From an uncultured Chitinophagales bacterium (lineage in GTDB: Bacteria > Bacteroidota > Ignavibacteria > UBA10030 > UBA6906), in the NCBI GenBank assembly GCA_964538485.1, contig CAZIHJ010000004.1, positions 5,836-69,835 on the forward strand: DNA of 64,000 nucleotides. Reading direction: 5' to 3'. Shown here one piece after another: positions 18,203 through 27,025 of the stretch (within the stretch, counting starts at the first letter, position 1; each line of letters begins with the position of its first letter). Position numbers and translations under genes: made by a program. The notes below the pieces were generated by a model, which was not told the origin of the DNA, ran no database searches, and was given only the letters and a program-made list of their open reading frames with translations.

Positions 18203-18386
18203 GGATGTTACAAGAAACGGTGACGGGAAATGAGGCCAGCCGACGTTGCACACTTCGGCAGGCTTTTGGGCAGTTCAAAACATTCCACACCTTTGTGATG
18301 GTTCTGCAATCGTTACCGACTATCTTTGGTCAGCAGCGGACATCATTAGTCTATTAATCAACCACATGACAGGATGAACAAAACGC

Positions 18387-18968
18387 ATGAAGGGCAGGAT
18401 TTTGACGGCGACGATCGTTGCAGGAATCTTGTTAGTTGTTTTGACACAAGCATTTCCCCGGAATGGTCGAAACCGCGTAACGACATTGAATAGTTCGAAG
18501 GAAATGACATTGGAGACTGCAACATTTGGTGCGGGGTGTTTCTGGCACGTCGAAGATACATTCCGTCGGATTGAGGGTGTTGTAAGCACAGCCGTAGGTT
18601 TTGAGGGTGGAACTCTCCCCAACCCGACGTACAAGGACGTGTCCACAGATCTCACTGGCCATGCCGAGGTTGTACAGATCCAGTTTGACCCTGCAAAGGT
18701 ATCGTATCAGAAACTGCTGGAAGCATTTTTCGAGCTCCACGACCCGACCACGCTCAATCGTCAGGGTCCGGATATCGGAGTGCAGTATCGATCGGCTGTC
18801 TTCTACCATTCCCCTCACCAGAAGGCAAGTGCCGAGGCATTGAAGGCAAGGCTCGGTTCGAGCGGTCGTTACAAGCGGCCAATCGTCACCGAGATAGCAC
18901 CGGCCTCAACCTTTTGGAGAGCGGAGGAATATCACCAGCAGTACTACGAGAAACAACGCGGCCGATAA
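18387..18968 (+). CDS. msrA: Peptide-methionine (S)-S-oxide reductase MsrA, with N-terminal hydrophobic leader
   Basis: 193 aa. Active-site [12 protein letters not shown]. The roughly 45-aa N-terminal extension [23 protein letters not shown]... looks like a signal peptide or anchor. Confidence 0.85.
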   Translation: MKGRILTATIVAGILLVVLTQAFPRNGRNRVTTLNSSKEMTLETATFGAGCFWHVEDTFRRIEGVVSTAVGFEGGTLPNPTYKDVSTDLTGHAEVVQIQFDPAKVSYQKLLEAFFELHDPTTLNRQGPDIGVQYRSAVFYHSPHQKASAEALKARLGSSGRYKRPIVTEIAPASTFWRAEEYHQQYYEKQRGR

Positions 18969-18986
18969 CAGTAAGAGGAACACCAT

Positions 18987-19490
18987 ATGAAAACAGCAAT
19001 GCTTGGAATCGTGGTACTGGCCTGGGTAACAATGCTCAACGCCGCAGTCAAGAATCTTCTACTCTATTCTGCAGAGAAGAAAGGATTTGTCATGGCTGAA
19101 AAGATTGTGAAGGACGACCAGGAGTGGAAGAAGCAACTCACCCCCGTGCAGTTCGATGTGACGCGCAAGAAAGGAACCGAACGTGCGTTTACCGGTGAAT
19201 ACTGGAATCATCACGAGACCGGCGTCTACAAATGCATCTGTTGTGGAACGGATTTGTTCCGATCGGAAACGAAATACGAATCTGGAACTGGATGGCCGAG
19301 CTTTTATCGACCAATTGCAAAAGAGAACGTGAAGGAAGATACTGACAACAGTTTCTTCATGTCCCGCACGGAAATCTCGTGCGCCCGCTGCGATGCGCAT
19401 CTTGGCCACGTGTTCGATGATGGACCAAAGCCCACCGGACTACGATACTGCATGAACTCCGCTGCGTTGAAGTTCGAGAAGGGCAAATAG
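18987..19490 (+). CDS. msrB: Peptide-methionine (R)-S-oxide reductase MsrB (possible signal peptide)
   Basis: 167 aa. CICCGTDLF...[16 protein letters not shown] zinc and catalytic motifs. RBS AGAGGAA before the ATG at 18987. An alternative internal start MAEKIV (19092) would remove the leader. Confidence 0.85.
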   Translation: MKTAMLGIVVLAWVTMLNAAVKNLLLYSAEKKGFVMAEKIVKDDQEWKKQLTPVQFDVTRKKGTERAFTGEYWNHHETGVYKCICCGTDLFRSETKYESGTGWPSFYRPIAKENVKEDTDNSFFMSRTEISCARCDAHLGHVFDDGPKPTGLRYCMNSAALKFEKGK

Positions 19491-19504
19491 CTTACGACGG
19501 CAGG

Positions 19505-19527
19505 GAGGCGAAGCTCAATCGCCTCCT
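19505..19527 (+). terminator. Putative rho-independent terminator after msrB
   Basis: GGAGGCGA-agctcaa-TCGCCTCC: perfect 8-bp stem with 7-nt loop, followed by a weakly T-rich tail (ttgctcgatttccc). Confidence 0.4.
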
Positions 19528-19653
19528 TGCTCGATTTCCCGGTCGCTCCGCTGTTTTGCCATCCCTGCTTGATACTCCCGTGACTTCGTTCCGCTATTTT
19601 GAATCAGTTTCATCGCAACCCCTTGGAATCGTACCGACTTAGAGGATTACTTC

Positions 19654-21018
19654 ATGAATGCATCATCGAAAGCCCGGGTACTCATTCTCGGCGGAGGATT
19701 TGGCGGCCTTTATGCAGCCCTGGAACTCGAGAAGACCATCGCCAGAGATCCGAATGTGGAGATCACGCTTATCAACAGGGAAAACTACATTCTCTTCACT
19801 CCAATGTTGCACGAAGTAGCTGCAAGCGACCTCGACATCACTCATATCGTCAATCCCATCCGCAAGCTTCTCAAACGTATTCGCTTTTTCCATGGCGAAG
19901 TTGAATCAATCGACCTGGTCGGGAAACGCGTTGTCGCCACCCACGGGAATGAACACCATGACCATGAACTCGAGTATGATCACCTCGTGATTGCGCTCGG
20001 ATCTGAAACCAACTTCCACAACCTCCCCGGCAAGGACAATGCCGTCACGATGAAGTCTCTTGGCGACGCCATACATTTGAGAAACCGCATTATCGAGAAC
20101 CTTGAAGCTGCTGATTTTGAGTGCTTCCCGGATATTCGTGAGCCCCTGTTGACCGTCGTCGTGGCAGGAGGAGGATTTGCCGGTGTTGAAACAATTGCTT
20201 CCGTCAACGATTTCATGCGTGAAGCGCTCAGATTCTACCCTCATCTCAACGAGAAGATGCTCCGACTTGTGCTTGTCCATTCCGGTATGGTCATTCTGCC
20301 TGAACTTGGAGACAAACTGGGGACGTACGCGCAACGGAAGCTTGCTCAACGCAACGTGGAGATTAGAACAAATGCGCGCGTGAAATCATTCACTCATTCA
20401 ATTGTCGAACTGAGCGATGGATCGACAATCAAGGCTGACACGCTTATATGGACGGCAGGAACGTCACCCTGCGCTCTCCTAGAAACACTCCCATGCACAA
20501 AAGACCATGGGCGAATTGTGGTCAATAAGTTCCTGGAAGTTGACGGATTCCCGGGAGTGTGGGCTCTCGGCGACTGCGCGCTTGTCTCCGATCCATACAC
20601 CGGAAAACCGTATCCTCCAACAGCCCAACATGCGTTGCGACAGGGGGAAGTCGTTGGACGGAACATCGTGGCCAGGGTCCGCGGGACTCAAAAGAGGCCG
20701 TTCACATTTAAGACAATTGGTGCACTTGCGACGATCGGGAGAAGAACCGGCGTCGCCCAGATCTTCGGGTTCAATTTCTCCGGTTTCATTGCCTGGTGGA
20801 TGTGGCGAACAATTTATCTGAGCAAACTTCCTCGCTTCGAAAAGAAGGTCCGGGTTGCGCTGGATTGGACGTTGGATCTTCTTTTCTCAAAAGACCTCGT
20901 GAAGTTCGAGACGGTCAGGGCAAGGGCCGTTTCCAGTCCACACGATCAAGGTGAAGACCACAGTGTGGCAACAAGACCTTCAAGATCGTCCGCAAGCCGT
21001 GCAACTGTCGAGGTGTAA
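19654..21018 (+). CDS. Type II NADH dehydrogenase / FAD-dependent pyridine nucleotide-disulfide oxidoreductase
   Basis: 454 aa. Two Rossmann dinucleotide motifs (VLILGGGFGGLYAA and TVVVAGGGFAGVE). NDH-2-like C-terminal membrane-anchoring helices. Confidence 0.75.
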   Translation: MNASSKARVLILGGGFGGLYAALELEKTIARDPNVEITLINRENYILFTPMLHEVAASDLDITHIVNPIRKLLKRIRFFHGEVESIDLVGKRVVATHGNEHHDHELEYDHLVIALGSETNFHNLPGKDNAVTMKSLGDAIHLRNRIIENLEAADFECFPDIREPLLTVVVAGGGFAGVETIASVNDFMREALRFYPHLNEKMLRLVLVHSGMVILPELGDKLGTYAQRKLAQRNVEIRTNARVKSFTHSIVELSDGSTIKADTLIWTAGTSPCALLETLPCTKDHGRIVVNKFLEVDGFPGVWALGDCALVSDPYTGKPYPPTAQHALRQGEVVGRNIVARVRGTQKRPFTFKTIGALATIGRRTGVAQIFGFNFSGFIAWWMWRTIYLSKLPRFEKKVRVALDWTLDLLFSKDLVKFETVRARAVSSPHDQGEDHSVATRPSRSSASRATVEV

Positions 21019-21156
21019 GGGGATAATGATTCTATCTCTTGACTACAGATTCGTGACAATTCGAACCTATCTTGTGTCCAGGTTTTGCAACACGGTTGCC
21101 TTTACACAATGTTGGCAACACAATTTACCAACCATCAAATCAATAGGAGGTTCAAT

Positions 21157-21885
21157 ATGGTTCGTCTTACATCCATCGTGGCGATCGTTACTTTGGCGCT
21201 GGGGCTCTCAATTGAGTCACAAGCGGCAAGCAAAGTTCGTTTCAAGGTCCGTTACGAGAATATTACCACGGGCGAGATTCTGAAAAGTTCAACCGGCAAG
21301 ACAGCTCCTCTTGCCGTGGCACCCGGACTTTGGGTTGTCGGCACCATCAACGCACCGATTTTCAAGACCGGCGAAAAGGAATGGGGTCATGGTCTGGAGT
21401 CGCTTGCAGAAGACGGTGATCCGTCAAAGCAGGCAGATTTCTGTAGGACCCACAAAGGTGTCGTGGCTGCGGGTGCATACAACACGCCAATGGGCGCCAC
21501 AATGCCCGGCCCGATCACTCCCGGCAATGCATTTGAGTTTACGTTCGAGGCTACTCAAGGGCAAAAACTGTTTCTCGCCAACATGTGGGGACAATCGAAC
21601 GACCTGTTCTACAGCACAAACGAGCTGGGCATAGATCTCTTCGATGCAAAGGACAGACCACTGAGCGGCGATATCACGAACAATCTATTCCTGTACGACG
21701 CAGGCACGGAAGTCAACGAAGAGCCCGGATTCGGTCCAAACCAGGGCCCGCGTCAAAGTGGCCCGAACACCGGAGTGGTTGAAAACGGTGTCGTCCGTCC
21801 GGTGTTGGACCCTTACGTGTATCCGACGGTCGCCGGAACGATCCGGGTGACCATTACCCCCGAGGCGTCTCTCGGGGCGAAGTAA
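21157..21885 (+). CDS. Exported spondin_N-like domain protein
   Basis: Start at MVRLTSIVAIVTLALGLSIESQAAS, with AGGAGG 6 nt upstream of the ATG at 21157. KVRFKVRYENITTGE...FEFTFEATQGQKLFLANMWGQSNDLFYS resembles the bacterial spondin_N (PF06468) beta-sandwich. Family assignment is from memory and tentative. Confidence 0.5.
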   Translation: MVRLTSIVAIVTLALGLSIESQAASKVRFKVRYENITTGEILKSSTGKTAPLAVAPGLWVVGTINAPIFKTGEKEWGHGLESLAEDGDPSKQADFCRTHKGVVAAGAYNTPMGATMPGPITPGNAFEFTFEATQGQKLFLANMWGQSNDLFYSTNELGIDLFDAKDRPLSGDITNNLFLYDAGTEVNEEPGFGPNQGPRQSGPNTGVVENGVVRPVLDPYVYPTVAGTIRVTITPEASLGAK

Positions 21886-21890
21886 CACCG

Positions 21891-21953
21891 GTTTGTTAGC
21901 TAACAAACTATCAGGAGTCGGAGTTTGAAGGTGGGCGGCTCTGGCTCCTGATA
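21891..21953. promoter_or_regulatory. Two consecutive inverted repeats (perfect 18-nt palindrome, then 9-bp stem) downstream of the spondin-like gene
   Basis: GTTTGTTAGCTAACAAAC (21891-21908) is a perfect palindrome. It is immediately followed by TATCAGGAG...(27 nt)...CTCCTGATA (21909-21953). No T-run follows. Lies between the spondin-like gene and the DM13 gene. Confidence 0.4.
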
Positions 21954-21993
21954 ACAAACAAAACATTCAAATATGAAATGGAGGATATACAAC

Positions 21994-22851
21994 ATGAGCA
22001 GGAAATCATTATTGATCGTTCTCGGATTGGTTGTCGCTTCAATCGGCTGGTATGCCTTTCGTCCCGAACGACTCTTCATCAACGAAGAAGTGAACGAAAG
22101 CTTCCCGGCAGTGGGGGTACAGAACTCGAACATGCCTGAACCGCTTTCGTATGGCATGTTCCGTGGAGTCGCACACGATGCACGCGGCACGGCAACAATC
22201 TACAAGCTTGCGGATGGCAAGCGCGTTCTTCGGTTCACGGATTTCGAGACATCAAATGGCCCCGACCTTAACGTGTACCTGGTCGCGGCAGAGGATGCCA
22301 GGGACAACGAGACGGTAACAAAGACCGGCTTCATTCAGCTTGGGTCAATCAAGGGTAACAAGGGAGATCAGAACTACGATGTTCCAGCCGACATTGACCT
22401 CAACAAGTACAAAGCTGTCACCATTTGGTGCCGACGGTTCGGAGTGAATTTCGCCACGGCTCCTTTGATGGTAAAGAACGCAGAGCCTGTTGTTGTCTCC
22501 CAAGGCAACTTTCACGGGGTCTCCCACGAGACAAGGGGCACGGCATCAATCTACAAATTGGCAGATGGCAAAAAGGTGCTCCGTTTGACCGGGTTCGAGA
22601 CTTCCAATGGTCCTGATGTGCAAGTATATCTCGGATACGCGCAGGATGCGAACGACGATGAGACTGTGACACGGGCCGGTTTCTACCACCTCGCAGCTCT
22701 CAAAGGAAACAAGGGCGACCAGAACTATGAGATTCCCGGAGCCGTGGAGCTTGGCAAGGTGAAATCTGTGACCGTTTGGTGCAAACGGTTCGGGAAGAAC
22801 TTCGGCACTGCCCCGCTGACCTCGACATCTCAGAAGCTGGCGTCCATGTAG
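21994..22851 (+). CDS. Exported protein with two tandem DM13 domains
   Basis: Start at MSRKSLLIVLGLVVASIGWYAF, with GGAGGA 8 nt upstream. Two ~105-aa repeats (F(R/H)GV(A/S)H(D/E)(A/T)RGTA(T/S)IYKLADGK(R/K)VLR(F/L)T(D/G)FETSNGPD(L/V)(N/Q)VYL...GNKGDQNY(D/E)(V/I)P...WC(R/K)RFG(V/K)NF(A/G)TAPL) match the DM13 architecture. Confidence 0.65.
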   Translation: MSRKSLLIVLGLVVASIGWYAFRPERLFINEEVNESFPAVGVQNSNMPEPLSYGMFRGVAHDARGTATIYKLADGKRVLRFTDFETSNGPDLNVYLVAAEDARDNETVTKTGFIQLGSIKGNKGDQNYDVPADIDLNKYKAVTIWCRRFGVNFATAPLMVKNAEPVVVSQGNFHGVSHETRGTASIYKLADGKKVLRLTGFETSNGPDVQVYLGYAQDANDDETVTRAGFYHLAALKGNKGDQNYEIPGAVELGKVKSVTVWCKRFGKNFGTAPLTSTSQKLASM

Positions 22852-22933
22852 CAGGAACCCACAACGAGGACAAAGACAGTAGTAGTACCTCCATATGGGA
22901 ACCTGTCTAGCCCTTGGACGGCGGGGATGCAAC

Positions 22934-22972
22934 CAGCCGCAGATTCAAGCAATCTGCGGCTTTGGCTTTCTT
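22934..22972 (+). terminator. Rho-independent terminator after the DM13 gene
   Basis: AGCCGCAGAT-tcaagca-ATCTGCGGCT perfect 10-bp stem, then TTGGCTTTCTTC. Confidence 0.55.
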
Positions 22973-23081
22973 CAATATCTGAGGTATGCCGCTTTGAGAT
23001 GTTTTATTCTCCCATGACCATTTCGTGACTTTTGTTGGCCACATTGTCGACACTTCATTTTTATACTATCTGGAGATTGAC

Positions 23082-24692
23082 ATGAACAACCACTACGACG
23101 TCATCATCATCGGGACAGGTGCGGGCGGAGGAACACTGGCATACGCATTGGCCTCAAGCGGAAAGAAGATCCTCCTCATCGAGCGTGGTGGCTACGTGCC
23201 ACGGGAAAAGGATAATTGGAGTACAAAGGCTGTCAACCAGGATGCGCGGTATAATACGAAGGAAACCTGGCGCGACAAGGATGGCAGGACGCTGCATCCA
23301 CACACGAATTACTACGTCGGTGGAAACACCAAGTTCTATGGCGCGGCGTTGTTTCGTTTGCGTGAAGAGGATTTTGGAGAAGTGAAGCACCATGGTGGCG
23401 TCTCCCCCTCCTGGCCAATTCCCTACAAAGAAATGGAGCCGTACTACACGCAAGCTGAAGAGCTGTATCATGTACATGGTGAACGCGGGGTTGACCCTAC
23501 AGACCCCTGGGCGAGTGCACCCTATCCGTACGCGGCAGTGAGTCACGAACCCCGAATGCAACAGCTTAGTGATGACTGGAAGAAGCTCGGACTCAACCCG
23601 TTTCACGTACCTCTCGGTATCATGCTTGATGAGAAGAATACGCAGAAGAGTCCTTGCATTCGCTGTAACACATGCGATGGCCATCCGTGTTTGATCTACG
23701 CCAAATCCGACGCACAGGTTCTCTGTGTCGATCCGGCCCTGCAATATCAGAATGTTACGTTGCTGACCAATGCACTCGTGAAGAAGCTCGAGACAAACGA
23801 CTCGGGTACCGAAGTAACCAGTGTTGTGGTGGAAATCGCCGGGATGACCTCAAAGTATTCGGGCGACATCGTTGTGTCCTCTGCCGGTGCAATCAATTCT
23901 GCAGCATTGCTTCTGCGCTCTGCAAACACCAAGCACCCTTACGGTCTGGCTAATGGTTCAGGCGTCGTTGGACGATACTACATGGGACATGTCAACTCAG
24001 TATTGATGGCTATTGCGAAGTGTCCAAACCCTACAATTTTTCAGAAAACTCTGGCTCTTAACGATTTCTATTTTGGGTCGAACGAGTGGCAGCACCCGAT
24101 GGGGCATATTTCGTTCGTTGGTAAACTGGACAAGGACACTCTAAAAGCAGGTGCACCGGCAATTGCTCCTGGATTCGTGCTCGAAACAATGGCTGAGCAC
24201 TCGCTCGACTTCTGGCTGACGTCAGAGGACTTGCCTGATCCGAATAATCGTGTGTCTCTTGATCGTGAGGGGAACATCGTTCTGACTTACACACCGAATA
24301 ATGAAGAAGGCCATAAGCGTCTTACGGCCAAGCTGAAAGAAATTATGAAGCAACAGAGAGCCTGCCCGGTTCATGGAAACGAATGTCACCAGGGATTATT
24401 TGCCCGCAATCTCTACGCCGGTCAGCGCATTCCGTTGGCCGGAGTCGCACACCAGAACGGCACGATCCGTTTCGGTAATGATCCGAAAACATCAGCTCTC
24501 GACCCGAACTGCAAAGCGCACGAATTGGACAACCTCTACGTCGTGGATGCGAGTTTCTTTCCATCGAGTGGGGCCGTGAACCCGGCACTCACGATCATGG
24601 CGAACGCGTTGCGGGTGGCGGAGCATTTGAAGGAACGGATGGGTGTGCGTGAGGCATCGAGGAAGCCTGAGCCCGCAACAGTGATGGCCTGA
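23082..24692 (+). CDS. GMC family oxidoreductase
   Basis: Start at MNNHYDVIIIGTGAGGGTLAYALA (FAD Rossmann). C-terminal GMC_oxred_C region ...HELDNLYVVDASFFPSSGAVNPALTIMANALRVAEH. The antisense 196-aa ORF is rejected. Confidence 0.8.
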   Translation: MNNHYDVIIIGTGAGGGTLAYALASSGKKILLIERGGYVPREKDNWSTKAVNQDARYNTKETWRDKDGRTLHPHTNYYVGGNTKFYGAALFRLREEDFGEVKHHGGVSPSWPIPYKEMEPYYTQAEELYHVHGERGVDPTDPWASAPYPYAAVSHEPRMQQLSDDWKKLGLNPFHVPLGIMLDEKNTQKSPCIRCNTCDGHPCLIYAKSDAQVLCVDPALQYQNVTLLTNALVKKLETNDSGTEVTSVVVEIAGMTSKYSGDIVVSSAGAINSAALLLRSANTKHPYGLANGSGVVGRYYMGHVNSVLMAIAKCPNPTIFQKTLALNDFYFGSNEWQHPMGHISFVGKLDKDTLKAGAPAIAPGFVLETMAEHSLDFWLTSEDLPDPNNRVSLDREGNIVLTYTPNNEEGHKRLTAKLKEIMKQQRACPVHGNECHQGLFARNLYAGQRIPLAGVAHQNGTIRFGNDPKTSALDPNCKAHELDNLYVVDASFFPSSGAVNPALTIMANALRVAEHLKERMGVREASRKPEPATVMA

Positions 24693-24749
24693 CGAATCAC
24701 AGGACGGATCGCCGCCCGCCTGACCGGACGGGGAGGAATCGTCCCATGC

Positions 24750-25343
24750 ATGAATTCCAAGAAGAACAAGCCCATGGAAACAACAAGATCTCTCTTCATC
24801 CCCGTTATTCTTGGCACGCCACGCCAGGGACGAATGAGTGAGCATGTGGCAACGCTCCTCATCTCCGAGGTCGCCAAATTTCCGGGCGTGGAGACCGAAT
24901 TGATCGACGTGAGGAATATACCATTGACCGTGAACGGAGCAGGTGAGGACATCAAGGATCCTCAATTCTCTGCCCAGTGCAATCGAGCCGATGCGTTCAT
25001 CATCATCGCACCAGAGTACAACCACGGCTATCCCGGATTGCTGAAGCACGTCCTCGATACGAATCTGAAAGAATATATCCACAAGGCAGTCGGTATCGTC
25101 GGGGTGTCGGCGGGACCATTTGGAGGCACGCGTGTTGTGCAAAACCTTCTGCCGGTCATGCGAGAGCTTGGCTTGGTGACGATCTTTTGGGATGGCAACT
25201 TTTCCCAGGTGCAGAAGGCATTCGACGCATCCGGAAAGCTCCTCGATCAGGCATATCCGCGACGGCTGGAGAAGTTCATCAAGGAGTTGATCTGGATGGG
25301 AACAGTGTTGCGGTACGGGCGGGAGACTGTATCAATCCAGTAG
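24750..25343 (+). CDS. NADPH-dependent FMN reductase family (flavodoxin-like fold)
   Basis: 197 aa. LFIPVILGTPRQGRMSEHVATLL...FIIIAPEYNHGYPGLLKHVLD is the NADPH-dependent FMN reductase (PF03358) pattern. Confidence 0.7.
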   Translation: MNSKKNKPMETTRSLFIPVILGTPRQGRMSEHVATLLISEVAKFPGVETELIDVRNIPLTVNGAGEDIKDPQFSAQCNRADAFIIIAPEYNHGYPGLLKHVLDTNLKEYIHKAVGIVGVSAGPFGGTRVVQNLLPVMRELGLVTIFWDGNFSQVQKAFDASGKLLDQAYPRRLEKFIKELIWMGTVLRYGRETVSIQ

Positions 25344-25405
25344 GAAAGAAAACCACAGAGACCTGCCTGCCGAACGGCAGGTACAAAGACAGAGAACAAG
25401 ATGTC

Positions 25406-25594
25406 ATGAAGACTCACAGACCGAAAATGAAATGCCCTGACTGCGGCATCGATATGAACCAACACGCCGAGAAAATCGACTACACTGCAGCCCCGCGTGA
25501 TCCACAATCGGTTGATCCTGTCCTCGGAGGAGTTATCGAAGAATTCCACTCCTGCCCGAAATGCGGCGGCAGTGCTTCACGAAGAGGAAACTGA
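25406..25594 (+). CDS. Small zinc-ribbon protein (62 aa)
   Basis: MKTHRPKMKCPDCGIDMNQHAEKID...FHSCPKCGGSASRRGN contains two CPxCG knuckles. Sub-ORF of listed ORF 24977..25594. Weak RBS. Confidence 0.35.
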   Translation: MKTHRPKMKCPDCGIDMNQHAEKIDYTAAPRDPQSVDPVLGGVIEEFHSCPKCGGSASRRGN

Positions 25595-25596
25595 CT

Positions 25597-25896
25597 GTGA
25601 TCGCCACAAAAACTGAAGCAGTAGATCTGCTTACACAGCTTTTCCGGGAGACCGGCAGTGCACACCACAAAGCGTTCTCTGCAACCAATGGCGATGACCC
25701 CGAGTGGGCTATCTGGTACGCGAAATTCCTGCAGCCGAAGTTGAACGTTCTGTTTTCCACCCAATATACCAAAAGTCAGATCTTGCATCTGCTCCTCCAA
25801 GCGGAAAGGAACCGGTCCGCCATTACACCAAACCCGGGTTGGCCGGAGTTCTATGCCCGGCTGTTTATCAAAGAACTCGATTCTTCCCACAAATAG
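25597..25896 (+). CDS. Hypothetical protein (~100 aa), GTG start
   Basis: GTG at 25597 immediately after the preceding TGA: VIATKTEAVDLLTQLFRETGSAHHKAFSATNGDDPEWAIWYAKFL... No family assigned. Confidence 0.35.
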   Translation: MIATKTEAVDLLTQLFRETGSAHHKAFSATNGDDPEWAIWYAKFLQPKLNVLFSTQYTKSQILHLLLQAERNRSAITPNPGWPEFYARLFIKELDSSHK

Positions 25897-25989
25897 TCTC
25901 TGCTACCAAATCCTCCATTGCCACGACATTGTTTTGTGAGAACTATCGGTTATCTTCCTCGGAACACCATCACTAGACGGAGAAACGAA

Positions 25990-27000
25990 ATGCAAAGATC
26001 CATTCTTCACCGTTTCATCATCCTGATTTCACTCGTCCTGGTCTTTGGGCAGGTGTCCGCGCAAGCCGTCATTGAGGTTGACGCCATTGGCATGACAGTG
26101 AGCGATATGGACCGGGCTATTGACTTCTACTCTAAGGTGTTGACATTTGAGAGAGTATCCGATGTGGAAGTTTGGGGAGATCAGTACGAGCACCTTCAGG
26201 GACTCTTCGGTCTGCGTATGCGTGTCGTTCGAATGCGTCTCGCTGACGAAACCATCGAGCTGACGGAGTATCTTGCACCCAAGGGACGCCCCTTCCCGAT
26301 TGATACCAAGAGCAACGATCACTGGTTCCAGCATATTGCCATCGTCGTCAGTGATATGGACAAAGCATACGCGCGGCTCCGGGAGTTCAAAGTACAGCAT
26401 GCTTCCTCCGGGCCTCAGCGAATACCTGATTGGAACAAAGGAGCGGCAGGCATTAAGGCATTTTATTTCAGGGATCCTGATGGGCACTATCTCGAAGTCA
26501 TCCACTTCCCTTCCGGGAAAGGCGATCCGAAGTGGCAGGATGCCAACGGCAAGCTCTTCCTCGGCATTGACCACACGGCCATTGTCATTGCCAGCACAGA
26601 CGAGAGCCTGAAGTTTTATCGGGATGAGCTTGGATTGAAAGTCGCAGGCGAAAGCGAGAACTATGGAACTGAACAGGAACACTTGAACAACGTCTTCGGC
26701 GCTCGACTTCTTATCACCGGGTTGCGCGCAGCCCGGGGCCCGGGAATCGAGTTCCTTGAATATCTCACACCAAGCGGCGGTCGCCCTACACCGGAAGATA
26801 TCAAGTCCAGCGACATTGCCCACTGGCAAACACGATTGGTTGTAAAAGACATGAACAGCGCATGGTCTGCAGTTCGTAAATCAAACGGGACGCTCGTCTC
26901 ACCCGGCCCGGTTGGCTTTCCTGAGTCGAGGCTCGGGTTCTCACAGGGGTTGCTAGTGCGCGATCCCGACGGTCACGCAATGCTGTTAACTCAACCATAA
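25990..27000 (+). CDS. Exported protein with two VOC (glyoxalase/bleomycin-resistance/dioxygenase) domains
   Basis: Start at MQRSILHRFIILISLVLVFGQVSAQA (GGAG RBS). Two repeats of the VOC beta-alpha-beta-beta-beta module (..IGMTVSDMDRAIDFY.. and ..IDHTAIVIASTDESLKFY..). The antisense 266-aa ORF 26029..26829 is rejected. Confidence 0.7.
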   Translation: MQRSILHRFIILISLVLVFGQVSAQAVIEVDAIGMTVSDMDRAIDFYSKVLTFERVSDVEVWGDQYEHLQGLFGLRMRVVRMRLADETIELTEYLAPKGRPFPIDTKSNDHWFQHIAIVVSDMDKAYARLREFKVQHASSGPQRIPDWNKGAAGIKAFYFRDPDGHYLEVIHFPSGKGDPKWQDANGKLFLGIDHTAIVIASTDESLKFYRDELGLKVAGESENYGTEQEHLNNVFGARLLITGLRAARGPGIEFLEYLTPSGGRPTPEDIKSSDIAHWQTRLVVKDMNSAWSAVRKSNGTLVSPGPVGFPESRLGFSQGLLVRDPDGHAMLLTQP

Positions 27001-27025
27001 CACAACCTACTTCAAGGATCGAATT

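Noticed and set aside
18115-18357. 80-aa plus-strand ORF bridging the SMP-30 gene end and the msrA upstream region
   Set aside because: Overlaps the 3' end of the SMP-30 gene in another frame, has no RBS and has low-complexity content. The region is more plausibly the msrA promoter.
8926-23040. Recurring octamer TCACGAAA/TTTCGTGA at about 8965, 11387, 11476 and 23023
   Set aside because: Four hits in 64 kb is close to chance expectation (about two) for an 8-mer on both strands. The positions are not consistently promoter-proximal, and one is inside the egtD coding region.
23154-23744. 196-aa minus-strand ORF inside the GMC oxidoreductase gene
   Set aside because: Antisense artefact. The plus strand carries the FAD-binding GxGxxG start and the GMC C-terminal signature.
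26029-26829. 266-aa minus-strand ORF
   Set aside because: Antisense to the tandem-VOC gene, whose two glyoxalase-fold repeats and signal peptide are clear. No recognisable motifs in the antisense product.
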